From Fonticula alba ATCC 38817 (lineage: Eukaryota; Protista; Nucleariida), in NCBI GenBank assembly GCA_000388065.2, contig KB932211.1: a DNA stretch of 45,648 bases; one strand, given 5' to 3'. The notes beneath the pieces were generated by a model, which saw only the letters and a program-made list of their open reading frames with translations, was not told where the DNA came from and did no database searches. The position numbers and the translations under genes are program-made. Positions 1 through 11,700 of the stretch are shown here, one piece after another. Within the stretch, counting starts at the first letter, position 1. The number at the start of each line of letters is the position of its first letter.

Positions 1-68
1 TCCGCGCCGCGCCCGGCCGGCCCCCCGGCGGCGCCGAGCCCAACCCCCCCCCCCCCCCCCGCATGAAG

Positions 69-1620
69 CCGTGCACGGGCTGCTCAACGCCCTCATGGAC
101 GCCATCCTGGACCGGGTCGACTTCGACCAGGACCAGCCGCTGCTCCTGCTCCATGTCATCCCGCTTGCCTGTGCGTGTGCTGCCCATATCCCCTGCCGGA
201 CCCGGCTCGGGCCCGAGCCGCGCTGACCCGCGCTGACCCGCCCTGCCTGCCGTGCCGACGCCCGGCCACGCAGTTCCCGCCCTGCTGACGGCGGCCCCTC
301 CGCACGCCGGGCACCGTGCCCTGCTCAAGCTCCTCGGCCACGCCGACAGCCTGGCGCATCTTTCCGAGCTGGCGCACATCGCCCGGGCTGTGGCCCGCCC
401 TGCGCATGGTGCGCCCCGGTTGCGCCGGCTCCCCGCGCGTCCGGCCGCCTCACTGACTCCCCCCTGCCCGCAGTCGCCGGGTCCGGCGACTCCCCCTTCC
501 CGGGGGTCGACGCCCTCAACGGCTTCCTGGCCATGTGCATCTTCGGCCCGGCCGGCATGGACCTCGTCCTCCACCCGGAGACCCGCGTCATCGACTGTGA
601 CTTCGACCCGGGCCCGGCCTTTGCCGAGTGGGACGACGACTCGGCCGAGGCCCACGCCCACCGCGAGCACCCGGCCACCAGCCACGGGCATCGGACACGG
701 GATTGCGAAGACCACGCGAGCCAGGCCGAAAGCCACGGCGATCTCGGGGGCCCGTGCTCCCGGGATGCATGCCCCGCCGTCGGCATGCGCCAGGGCCAGC
801 ACCTTGACGCTGGCGGCGACCTGGCGGGCGGCCACGAAGCTGGCCACAGCGAGGTCCGTGACAGTGACGAGAGCTCCATCGCCGACCAGCACTCCGACCA
901 GCACTCCGACCAGGACTCCGACGAGGATGACCCGCTCCCGGCCATGCCACCGGTGGTGCACTTCTCCATGGGGAACGCCCAAGGGGACGGCGCCCCGAAG
1001 AGGCTGGACCCGATCCTGCAGGATCTGCTGGCCACCGGCCGACACACCCTCCCCGCGGGCCTGCCCTTTGACACCAACTACCCGCAGCTCCTGTGGTTCC
1101 TGGCCCGGTGGGCCGACAACCGGGACCTGCTGAACATCTTCCAGGCCTTCCAGGAGGCGGGGTGCTGCTCGACGCCCGTGCACCTTCTGCAGATGCTGGA
1201 ATTCGCCACCAGCCGGGCGGCTGCCCTGCTGACCATGCTGCTGGAGCCGGCCCTGGCGGTCGTCGGACAGTCGGCCATCCTCGGTGCGTCTCCCTGCGCG
1301 CCATGCCCCAGCAGGCCCGGCTCCGCGCCCGCACAGGCCCCCTGGTCTGCGACTCACCAACGCCACCCCGACACACTCGCACGCGCATGCCCAATCCAAC
1401 ACTCGCACGCCATCGCACAACGCAGATGGCACCGACGCCGACAGCCTGCCCCTGGTGCACGGGCACGTCCTCGTGTCCGGCACCATCCTGCTCAAGTGGC
1501 TGCAGTTCGCCTGCGACGCGCCCCTCGATCTCCCCCCGCCCCCGGCCGGGGCCGCCCTCGCCGGCATGGGCACCCTCCTGCCGCGCGTGCTCGCCGTGGC
1601 CCTGACGGTCCTGGACGCCT
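69..1620 (+). CDS. Partial multi-exon gene, uncharacterised Leu/Ala-rich (probably alpha-helical repeat) protein with an acidic His/Asp-rich insert; 5' and 3' ends missing
   Basis: Hand-spliced exons ~69-170, 274-408, 474-1283 and 1426-1620 join in frame through GTGCGY...CAG introns with CTGAC branch points. Peptides include LLNALMDAILDRVDF, YPQLLWFLARWADNRDLLNIF and VSGTILLKWLQFACD. A donor at 1621 runs into the N gap. No family recognised. Confidence 0.7.
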
Positions 1621-1627
1621 GTGCGCC

Positions 1628-1637
1628 NNNNNNNNNN
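1628..1637. other. Assembly gap (10 N)
   Basis: N run. Confidence 1.
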
Positions 1638-1724
1638 AGGGAAATGGAGGGACAGGCAGGCGAGCGAGGGAAATGGAGGGACAGGCAGGCGAGCGAGGGA
1701 AATGGAGGGACAGGCAGGCGAGCA
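1638..1724 (+). repeat. Tandem repeat, 3 x 29 bp (agggaaatggagggacaggcaggcgagcg)
   Basis: Three head-to-tail copies with no spacers, directly after the gap. Confidence 0.9.
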
Positions 1725-2589
1725 AGGGCCAGTACGAGGGGGAAGCACGCGACCGCGGCATCCGCCCCCCGGGCCGCCCGCCGATCTGTCCCCCGGCCCG
1801 GGCCGGGGGAAACGGACAAAGAAAAAAGCACATGTTTGTGATTGGGGAATTTCCTCCCCCACCGGAAAGTGTGTTTTTTTTTTATTGCCGGGCATATTTG
1901 TGTCATCATGCCGGTCGCACGCCATCAGTGCCAACGCATGAGGATCGCCCTGGCCCCTCGCGTGCCCGAGCGCCGTACTCTCACCCGCACGGCCGATGGT
2001 CTGGTAACCATAACCTCGGGCGCCGTCCCTCCCCCCGGCGGATGCAGCCGTGTGGCCGTCCGCTCGCGCGTGGCCCGATCCCCCGCCCAAGGCGATCGCA
2101 TGGCTGCGTTTCAGACATCCGCGCGCCCCCATGTCCCTTTCCCTGCGACAGTCGCCTCTTTTTTGTTGTCCACCAGGGCAGAGAGGGATGCGCAGCGAGG
2201 CATGCCCACTCCCCTGGGCACCGGTCGTCTGGTGCTCTTCGCTGCTATTTTTTTTTTCGCTTTCGGTCGCCTGCCCCTGGCCCCCTTTCGCCGGAAGGCT
2301 CGCCGGTTTGTCTCAACCAGGCAGGCACACGCGCTCGCCCGCCGATCGCACGGTGGCCTGGACCCTCGGCGCGCGCAGGGCCCCCGGGATGGCGATGCCC
2401 AAGGAGAGCCGGGCCACCCCATACGAGCGGGGTCACCGCGGCCACCGACGGAGCCCGCCACCCCCGGAGGAATAATAAGGCCCCCTCCAGGGAGGCGGAC
2501 ATATCCCTGCTGGCCCCCAGCACCGCTCCCCTCGCGAGTCCGCGCCCGCCCCTCCCACCAAGGATCGCCCCCCCCGCCAAGTCCCCGCC

Positions 2590-5500
2590 ATGGAGCCCAC
2601 CAGCGCCGAGGCCACCGCGCCTGCCAGCCCCGAGCTGGCGGCCACACTGCTGGCCGAGCGCCAGACACTCAACCGCGCGGCCGATCGCCTGCTGGCCGCG
2701 CACGCCGCCGCCCTCAACACCGCCCCCTGATGACCGTGCGTCCGACCGACCCTTTGCCGGCCCCGGGCGCGCGTGCTGACCTGCGGTTCCCCCGCCCCGC
2801 CCCCTGGCCCCCTGGCCGCCGCGGCCGCGCGCACCAGTCACCATCCACGACCTGGTGTCGAAGGCCCTCTCGGCCGATGGCCTCACGCCGGGCTCGTGCG
2901 CGCCGCCCGCCTGCTCGTGTGCTCCCCTGCCCCGGGTCCCCGGGTCCCCGGCAGCCGACACTGACACCCCCGCCCCGCCCCCCCCCCGCCCGACCGCTTG
3001 CCACCAGGACCATCGATGTGCCCCTGCAGGGCCTCCCCACCGGTTCGGCCCCAGCCCCCTGCCGCCCGGCCGAGCCCCGCCCGAATTGACCCCCGCCCCC
3101 CCTCCGCCCCGCGCCCCTTGGCGTGTAGACGAGCTCATCGAGCAGGTGCTCCTTCTCGTCGAGGGCCGCACCCCCGGCGAGCGCCTCGCCGGCCTGCACA
3201 TCCTCTTCACCGTGGCCCACCGGCGTGCGTCGACGCACCGCCCCTCGCCCCTTTCGTGCGTGCCAGCTTGTCAGTCCCTGACCATGCCCCCTGCCCCCCC
3301 CCCCCCCCTTCCCGACAGAGAGTCCCTTCGGCGCGTTCCTCGAGCGCGGCGCGGCCGGCGCCCTGTGCGGCGCCTTTCTCCGATCGGCCGACGACATCCC
3401 CCTCCGGCTGGCCTCCTTCTGCCTGCTGAGGCTGGCTTCATGGCCCGGCGCTTCCGGCGAGATCCCGGCCGAGGTGGCCACCAAGGCGGCGGCCCTGGCC
3501 CTGGAGAACAGCCCGGTCGCCTTGCCCCTGGGAAGCCACTGCCGCGACCTGGCCCTCGGCCTGGCCCTCAAATGTGCGCTGCCCCCTGGTGTCCGTCCCC
3601 GGCCCGCGCCCGGCACACGGCTGACACGCCCCCCCCCCCCCTCCTCCCCGCCCCCGCGTGCCGCTTTGGGCCCCTCCTCGCGCACCAAGGCAAAGCCCGG
3701 TCGCTGGCTAGCCCGGTCCCCCGGCTCCTCATCGACATGCTCATCCGCCGGCCGGCCAGCCACTTCTCCACTCACATCCTGTCCACCCTCGAGGCCCTGC
3801 TCGATGCGGCCCCTCCGGATGACGGTGTGCCCACCTGCCCCGGCCCCCGCCCTGCCCGCATNNNNNNNNNNNNNNNNNNNNNNNNNNNNNNNNNNNNNNN
3901 NNNNNNNNNNNNNNNNNNNNNNNNNNNNNNNNNNNNNNNNNNNNNNNNNNNNNNNNNNNNNNNNNNNNNNNNNNNNNNNNNNNNNNNNNNNNNNNNNNNN
4001 NNNNNNNNNNNNNNNNNNNNNNNNNNNNNNNNNNNNNNNNNNNNNNNNNNNNNNNNNNNNNNNNNNNNNNNNNNNNNNNNNNNNNNNNNNNNNNNNNNNN
4101 NNNNNNNNNNNNNNNNNNNNNNNNNNNNNNNNNNNNNNNNNNNNNNNNNNNNNNNNNNNNNNNNNNNNNNNNNNNNNNNNNNNNNNNNNNNNNNNNNNNN
4201 NNNNNNNNNNNNNNNNNNNNNNNNNNNNNNNNNNNNNNNNNNNNNNNNNNNNNNNNNNNNNNNNNNNNNNNNNNNNNNNNNNNNNNNNNNNNNNNNNNNN
4301 NNNNNNNNNNNNNNNNNNNNNNNNNNNNNNNNNNNNNNNNNNNNNNNNNNNNNNNNNNNNNNNNNNNNNNNNNNNNNNNNNNNNNNNNNNNNNNNNNNNN
4401 NNNNNNNNNNNNNNNNNNNNNNNNNNNNNNNNNNNNNNNNNNNNNNNNNNNNNNNNNNNNNNNNNNNNNNNNNNNNNNNNNNNNNNNNNNNNNNNNNNNN
4501 NNNNNNNNNNNNNNNNNNNNNNNNNNNNNNNNNNNNNNNNNNNNNNNNNNNNNNNNNNNNNNNNNNNNNNNNNNNNNNNNNNNNNNNNNNNNNNNNNNNN
4601 NNNNNNNNNNNNNNNNNNNNNNNNNNNNNNNNNNNNNNNNNNNNNNNNNNNNNNNNNNNNNNNNNNNNNCCCCCCCCACGGCCACACATGCGCGCGCCCT
4701 GCACCTTCCCCCCCTCCCCCCTTGGTTCACACGCTACCTCCCTGCCCCCTGTCCCACCGGCCTAGACCATGATGTCGGCCCCACCGCCATCTACCGGCAA
4801 AAGATGATCGTCAAGCGCCTGCTCTTGATGACCAGCCACCTGATCGCCACCGCGGCGGCCTACCTCCGCCGGTGGCCATGCTCCTCGGGCGGTGCGTCCC
4901 CGCGCGCCCGGCCGGCCACCCTGCCCTCGGCCCCCTTTTGACCCCCCGTTGCCGCGCCCCTCCCTCCTTTCCCGATCCGCGCCCGGCCGGCCTCAGACGC
5001 CCCCCTCCCCCGCATGCGGGATCCCTCGGCCGCGAGCTGGGCCCCCCTGCTGCTGGCGTACTGGACGCACCTGGCCCCGGTGATGAATGCCGCGGCCCCG
5101 GTCCACCGGCAGGCCCTCTCGCACATCATCCACATCGTGGTGGCCCTCCCTGAGGATGGTGCGTGTCCCCCCCCCCCGCCCCCACCGTTGGTTGGCAGCC
5201 TCCCCTTGCCCGGCGCCCTGTGCACCCGACTCAGCCCGCCCCGCCCTCCCCCCCCACAGGCCCCCTCGGCCCGAGCGCGGGCCCCCTCCAGCAGATGCTC
5301 CTCCTGCTGCCGGCCGACGAGACCCCCTCGCCGGGGGTGTCCCCCATCGGGGCTCTGTTCGGCCCGCCGGCGGAGAACTACCCGACGCTGGTCTTTGACC
5401 GCCTGGCGGACGGCCGCCAGCCGGCCCCCACCCGGGACACCCTCCACCGGGATCTCCTCCGCGCGCAGGCGCTCCCCCGGCATCCGGCCGCCTCCCGGGC

Positions 5501-6209
5501 CCGGACGGCTTCGGGCTGACCTGGCCCCCGCCCTCGGGCCCCCTCTCCCTCCGGCCGGCGAGGCTGGCCTGCCGCTGTTCACGTTGCGCGGCGCCCGGCC
5601 GGCTCTCTGCCGGGCCCAGCCCCGCGTGCCCGCTCCGGGCAGCCGCAGGCCCTCCTCGCGGGATGTTCCCTTTCCCCCGGCGGGACCCTCTATGGGGCCT
5701 GGACGCAGGCCCCGGCCCCCGGGCGCGCCGCGTTCACGGCCACCCTGTGCGCCCGCGGGCCACCCTCGGCGCCCATGCTCCAGCTGACGGCCACCCCGGC
5801 CCCGAGCCCGGCCGCCTGCCACGCGCCTCTTCGACTCGCCGGCTGCTCGGTCCCCCTCGGGCTCGTGCCCCTCCCGGCCCCGGGGGTGGCCTGGCCCAGC
5901 GAGGCCCGGGGCTTCTTCCGCCACGCCGGCGCCCTGCCCTTCGCCCTGGGGCCGCTGTTCCGGGCCCCGTCCGGGCCTCGCCCGGCGTCTCCGGGCCGAC
6001 GCGCTGCCCTCCCCGGCGTGGTGTGTCCCTGGCCCCTGCTCCTCCGCTGGGCGCACCGAGCCCAGCCAAGCGCCAGTCCGGCGCACGGGGTCCGCCTCGT
6101 GTGCGCGCTCCCCCTTGCCAGCCAAGCCCGGGCCTTTTTTCTTTTTTCCCCCCGCCCCCGGCACACTGTGGCCCCCCCCCCCCCTGACAAGCTGCCTTGG
6201 GCATCCTGA
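2590..6209 (+). CDS. Multi-exon gene, uncharacterised ARM/HEAT-like helical protein with a different C-terminal region; interrupted by a gap and two in-frame TGA problems
   Basis: Exons 2590-2735, 2838-2895, 3008-3042, 3129-3224, 3319-3573, 3690-3824, [gap], 4766-4891, 4997-5158, 5260-~5460 and ~5563-6209. Peptides include DELIEQVLLLVEGRTPGERLAGLHILFTVAHR, RLASFCLLRLASW and KMIVKRLLLMTSHLI. The model needs one C removed at 2723-2727 and an intron over the TGA at 5517. AATAAA lies at 6217-6222. The 3' end is uncertain. Confidence 0.6.
3862..4669. other. Assembly gap inside gene 2
   Basis: N run; probably hides exons. Confidence 1.
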
Positions 6210-6216
6210 GCTGAGT

Positions 6217-6222
6217 AATAAA
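6217..6222 (+). promoter_or_regulatory. Candidate polyadenylation signal AATAAA
   Basis: 8 nt after TGA 6207-6209. Confidence 0.4.
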
Positions 6223-8625
6223 GCCGCATTTCCGCCCATTTAGACCGCCCGTGGAATGTCCCCCTGGGCGTGGTGCGCCAGGTGTTCCCCAAACACCGCA
6301 ATGCCCGCCGGACGTGGCTGGGGGGGTGCTTGCCGCATATTTCAACGATTGGGTGGATGGCCCCGGCCGGGATCTCCTCGGCTGCGGGTCTCGCCCACAT
6401 GTGCCCCGGCAGCGCTGCCTGTCGTGCATTCCCCTGCCCGCTGAGCAGTTGGTGTGCACATGGCCGCTTTTTCGCGCGGCGTCACATCCCTCCCGGGGAC
6501 CCCAGCGGCGCGTTTCACCGGCAGGCGGCTCGACGCCGCCCCCTCCCCCGGGCTTGCCCCTGTGGCCCCCTAGCCAGATGGCCAACATCCCGCCATCTGC
6601 CGGTGCATCCCCCCATTCACGCGGCGAGTGGCCCCCGCATCAGAGCCCCCCTGGTGGTCCTCCTTCCACACCCACAGCCCGGGGCATCGAGCTTGGCACA
6701 TGTGGCGGACCGGCGCCGCGTGCCCTGCGACTGCGCCACGCTCGGCCCCCTGTCTCTTTCGCCGTCGCCCTCGCTTCTTTTTTCTCGCGTTTGCCCGCGA
6801 TGCCCTTCGGTCCCTTCCATACCGGGCAGGCATCCGCCACGTGCGCCCTCTCGCGGAGGTGGCTCCCATCCGGGTTCGGTTCCGGCTGTGGCTCCTGCCT
6901 CCTTGAGCTCCCGTGGCCCTGCCTCACCAGCCCGAGGCCGAAAAGCGAGCACATGCTCGGACGGCCGCTCGGCCAAAGCAACCTTGCAAGATGGGCCCGC
7001 GGCCCTCGCCTCGGCGTGCCGGTGTCCCGCCTTCCTCCACTGTGCTGGGGGACCCATGCGCAGGTACACACCGCCCGGGCTGTCCACGCTCGCTGGTTGC
7101 CGGCACACCCACCCACACGCGGCGGTGCGCCCTCATGTGTCCACCGGAGGGGGGGCGGGGGAGGGGACTCACCATCGGAAGGGGCCCATCCTGTCCAAAG
7201 ACAACTCAGGGGATATGTCCATGCCAGAGATGGGCAAAGTAGGCGCGAGCTTGGGCCCGGGCCTGTGGCAAGTCCTCGCACACTGTCGGACACCGAGGCA
7301 ATGCGTGCACGTTTGGGTATGTCCACAGGGCAGGAAGCACGGCAAGGGGTGGCCCCGAATGGGTGAGAGAGAGGGAGAGAGAGAGAAAGAACGAGCGAGA
7401 GGCGAAGCTCCCACCACCGGTCCTTTCAGCCAACAAAGTGCACGCAAGTAGGTGACCCACTCAGGCATCGACAGGCGTTCCGAGAGCGCGGGTCGCCTTG
7501 TATGTGCGCATCGAGGGCTGACAAAGGGGGCTTACCGAACCCGAGTCGGACACACTGGCGGCTGCATCCTGGCACGGAACTTGCCCGCCCCTGGCATTTG
7601 CAGATTGCCAAGTGCCGTGTGCACCCCGACCGAAGCCAAAGGAGGCGCCCGCGCGCCGGGACCGAATGCGCAGGCCAGTCGACAGACACCCTGGCCGGTG
7701 GCCTACGCAATCTCCGCATCTCCCCAAACGCGGGCTCTCTATGTGCACATGGATCCTTGCGCCGTGGCCGGTGCGCCCTTCCACACCGCCTGCGGCTGAA
7801 TGTCCACCACAGGGCCTCGACCCATTGTCGGACATGAGATTGGGCGAAATGATTAAGCCGAACTGCAACCTAAAAGACGCCCAGAGGCGGGCAACAACAA
7901 CAACAACAGCAAAAAGAAACCCAAACGCAGCGCTAGCCGACCGCATTCCACGAAGGGCCCATCTGGGCCGACCATTAGTTGGAGCCCCTTAAGCCAACTT
8001 GTTTGGACTCGGTCGCTTCAGGGCGGCAGCCCGGTTACCAGGTGGTCCGGGGCGAACATTGTCCCCGGGTGCCTTTGGAAGGTGCTGGCCATCGGTGCTT
8101 TGACTCTGCGGGAATATGGCCTTTCTTAAGCGGCCATATTGGCCATGCATGCCCAAGTCCCCGGACTTGGCGCGCGCAGACCTTGTGGCTCTGTCCTCCC
8201 CCGGCGCCCATGAGGCCGGACTCTCTGAAGAGGCTGCTCGCTAGCTGAGCAGGCATGAGCACCGCCATGTCTACCCTCGCTTCTTGTCTTTGTGTCGGCA
8301 CAGCAAATACCCTTACAACTGCCTGCTACACAAGCCGCACAGCCTCCATGGAAAAGCGCCCCCACCAGGCCCCCGACCCGGGCCCCGGCATGGGCGCCCC
8401 CGCATGCCGACCATCGTCCGGCCGTGCTGCGCCGGGTTCTGCCCCCCCCGGCGGCACCGGCTTCCAGCCCACTCCCGGATGAACATGTGCCGGGCCGGGC
8501 TCTTCAAATGGCACGACCGTAATTCGCCTAACGGCTTCGCCCGTCGCCTCCCCGCTGCCTCTCACCGGCTCGAACACATGCTCGGCTATCGCCCCTTTTC
8601 CTCCTCTACCTCTCTCTCCCTCACG

Positions 8626-8689
8626 CACACACAAGCACACAAGCACACAAGCACACAAGCACACAAGCACACAAGCACACAAGCCCACA

Positions 8690-8734
<45 letters not shown>
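8626..8734 (+). repeat. (AAGCACAC)n followed by (CA)n microsatellite just upstream of the receptor A start codon
   Basis: 8-bp units then pure CA, ending 33 nt before ATG 8768. Confidence 0.95.
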
Positions 8735-8737
<3 letters not shown>

Positions 8738-8767
8738 AGGGGGCCCCCTTCGCCGCACCTTCGACCA

Positions 8768-11700
8768 ATGTTCCAGCGGGCGGCCGTCATTCGTCCAGGA
8801 CGCCCACTGGGCCTCCTCCTGGCCTTACTGATGCATAGCCTCCTCTGGTGGGCTGGCCGCTGCAGTGACACCGTGCCCCGCGCCGCGGACTTGGTGTACT
8901 TGCGCGCGCCGGCCCAGCTGGCTCCCCTGTCCGGGCTGGTGTTCGAGCAGCTTCGCCTCCCGGGACTGAGCCATGCCCGGCGCACGGACCCCATCGACCT
9001 GACCAGCGATGTTTTCCTGCAGGATGGTACCAACATGACCGCGCATTCGGAGCATCGCATAGGGGCCGCATTTTCCGGCCGATCGCCAGTGCTCATTGGC
9101 CAGCGCCCGATGCCCACCCCGCACGATTACCAATTGATCTTCCCCCAGACTACCACCGATCGCATGGACGTGGTGGCCTTTTCCCCGGGCCGGGTGCGCA
9201 TCCTGTCGCCCAACCACACGCAGGATTACCAGGACCCCCTGCTGACCGGGGTCCTGGCCAGCTTGCACCTGCCCGGACACCGGCAAACCGCCCTGATGAT
9301 GGCCCGATTCGAGTACTACTGGGCCCATCTCCTTCTCGATGGCAATGCCGGCATCCTCACCGGAGCCGATCGGGATCTCTGGGCCGACGAGCAATTTATC
9401 AGCTCCACCGGGCTCGGGCCGGCCTTTCACGCCTCCTGCGATTGGGAGTACGCCACCGTGCGGGCCCATGACGCCGAGCAAGTCCACTTTTATTCGGACC
9501 TCGGTCGGAAAACCACGCAGGCACTGGCCACGCGCTTGTATTCCACGGCCCCGGACCAGGAGGACGTCATCCACCTGAAGACCGACTCCACGGTGCACGT
9601 GTGTCTGGGCTTCCGCCCGGAGCCGGATCGCGAGACCTATGCCTGCTCCCTGGGCGAGATCCACTTCAGCCTCCATTACATGGCCTCCGAGAAAGTCCGC
9701 TTTATCAATCCCCCCTCACTGGGCATGCCGGCTCCCATGGACCACCTGCTGCTCTGGGACTACAGCTACTTCCAGCTTGTTCGCATCAACTTGGACTTCA
9801 CCCAAATGCAAGCCACCCACTTCCAAGTGATCACCCTTCCCCCCACGACATCCCCCCAGCTGCAAGAAGCTCCCAGTGTATTGGCCTTCCCGGGCCCGGA
9901 TGGATCCATCGCCTGGCGTCTGGTCGTTGGCGATCGGATTTTCTTCCACCCCGCCGACTTCCAATGTCACCAGGACACCTCGATCCTTTGTGCCGAGCGC
10001 CCGAACGAAGTGGACTCCCAAATGGGCTGGCGCTGCGCCCCCGGTCGCTTGTACACGCCGCTCGGCGATAGCCGGCTCCTGTGCGGTGCCTGTGCCGACG
10101 GGCACACCACGGCCTCGCGGCCGCTCGCCGAAGGTCCGTTCCCCTGCCCGCCCCCCCCCCCCCCCTGAAGCCGGCCGGTGAAGCTCCTCCCGCGGAGCTG
10201 GCAGCCGAGGCAGTGCACCGCCCTCCGGCGGCCGCTCCCCCCCCCCACACACACACGCCTCTTGGTCCTTGGCCTGACCTTTCGGCCCGACTGCCTTCCG
10301 ATGCATGTGCCGGGGGAACGGGTGCAAGAAAAAAAATAGCCCCCCCCTCCCCCTCCCACAAACAGCCAATGTTCACATTCTCTGCCCCCTGACCGCCTCC
10401 CTCGCGCCCCCTCCGGCTGCCCGAACCCTACTTCCACGATGCCCACAGGTCACTGCGAGCCCTGCCCCGTCGGCGGCTGCCGGGTGTGCTCCGGCGAGCA
10501 ATGCCTCGTCTGCGAATGGCCACTCATGCAAGTTGTCGATGCGCACACGGGCATTCCCTCCTGCCAGCAAGCTTGCCCCAGCGACACGATAGCTGCCAAT
10601 GGTCTCTGCCTCCCGGCGGTGGAAATCATCCGCCTGGATCTTGACTGGCGTCCGGTGGCCGTGGACCTGGGCCACCTCTCGCCGCCGGCCACCATCTTGG
10701 CCGTGGCCAGCTCTCGCATGGTGCCCACCGACACCGGGCGGCTGATGCTCCAGGCAGCCGCCTCGGCCGTCCAGGCCCAGGCACTGCTGTTTGGCGCGCC
10801 GGGCCAGGTGCTGGCTCTCGTGCCCGGCCCTGCCGATGCATCCCATCACGTCCTCGATGTCCTGGGCTTCCCCTCCTCCGGGCAGGTGGTGGCCATGGTC
10901 GAGGTGGCCCTGCCGCCGGCGAAAAATGCCTGGCCGGCCCTGGGCCTGGTCCTGTGCCATGCAGATGGCCTGGTGCTGGGCCTGGTGGCTCGCTGTCGGT
11001 CGACCTCCCCCCCGGCGGCCGGTGGCCTGTGCCCGGCCTCCTTCGAAACCCTGTACACCGGGCAGCTGGCCGGGTGCAGTGCCATGCAAGCCTCCAGCCG
11101 GGCCGTCAGCCTCCAGCACCACGGCCAGTCGGAGGGTCTGCTGCTGGAGTTCGATCCAACCGGCGAGACCCTGCGCACCGTGGCCTTCGCCAACAGTGCT
11201 GCTCACCCGGCGCACCTGGCCCGCTCGGACCCGGCCATCGGGCGACTGCTGCTTGTCGACGGAGCCGGCCACACTCGCATCCAGCCGGACACTTTGACAT
11301 CGGAGGATGGCCGCCTGGCCGGTTTGTTGGAGGCCCGCGCCGGGCCGGCACTCCCCGGCGACCATATCGGCCTCCAGGCAGTCACACTGCCCGTTCACCC
11401 GGCCGCCGGGTCCTCGGACCAGGTCTTCTTCAGCTACCTACTCCCGGCTCCCGATGGCCACCTTGCCTGGCGCATTGAGCATCTGCCCGAGGGGCTCCTG
11501 CCCCATGGCCGGACTGTCGGCCTGCCCGGCAATACCCGGGACTTGGCCCGCCTTCCGGCCGATTGGTTTGATCTCAACGCCCCGGAGCGGCTGGCCCTGC
11601 GGCTGCTGGTGGTCCGGCTCCCCAGCACCGACTATCCCAGTGCCCTGGTCCTGGTCAGCCAAGGCGGCATGGCCGCGGCCCCGCTCTATTGCCACCCGGC

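Noticed and set aside
1638-1724. 29-bp direct repeats of CRISPR-like length
   Set aside because: No spacers, no cas genes, eukaryotic context.
6243-6520. Possible extra exon (GVLAAYFNDWVDGPGRDLLGCG...) after gene 2
   Set aside because: Needs a frameshift in a G run and has no consistent splice model or homology I can recognise.
8322-8330. CCTGCTACA, same as the LTR end (also at 35650-35658)
   Set aside because: No partner TGTAG end or TSD; short enough to be chance.
6900-8600. Lower-GC region with short ORFs, (CAA)n and (GA)n
   Set aside because: No ORF with credible composition or splice pattern; treated as intergenic/UTR.
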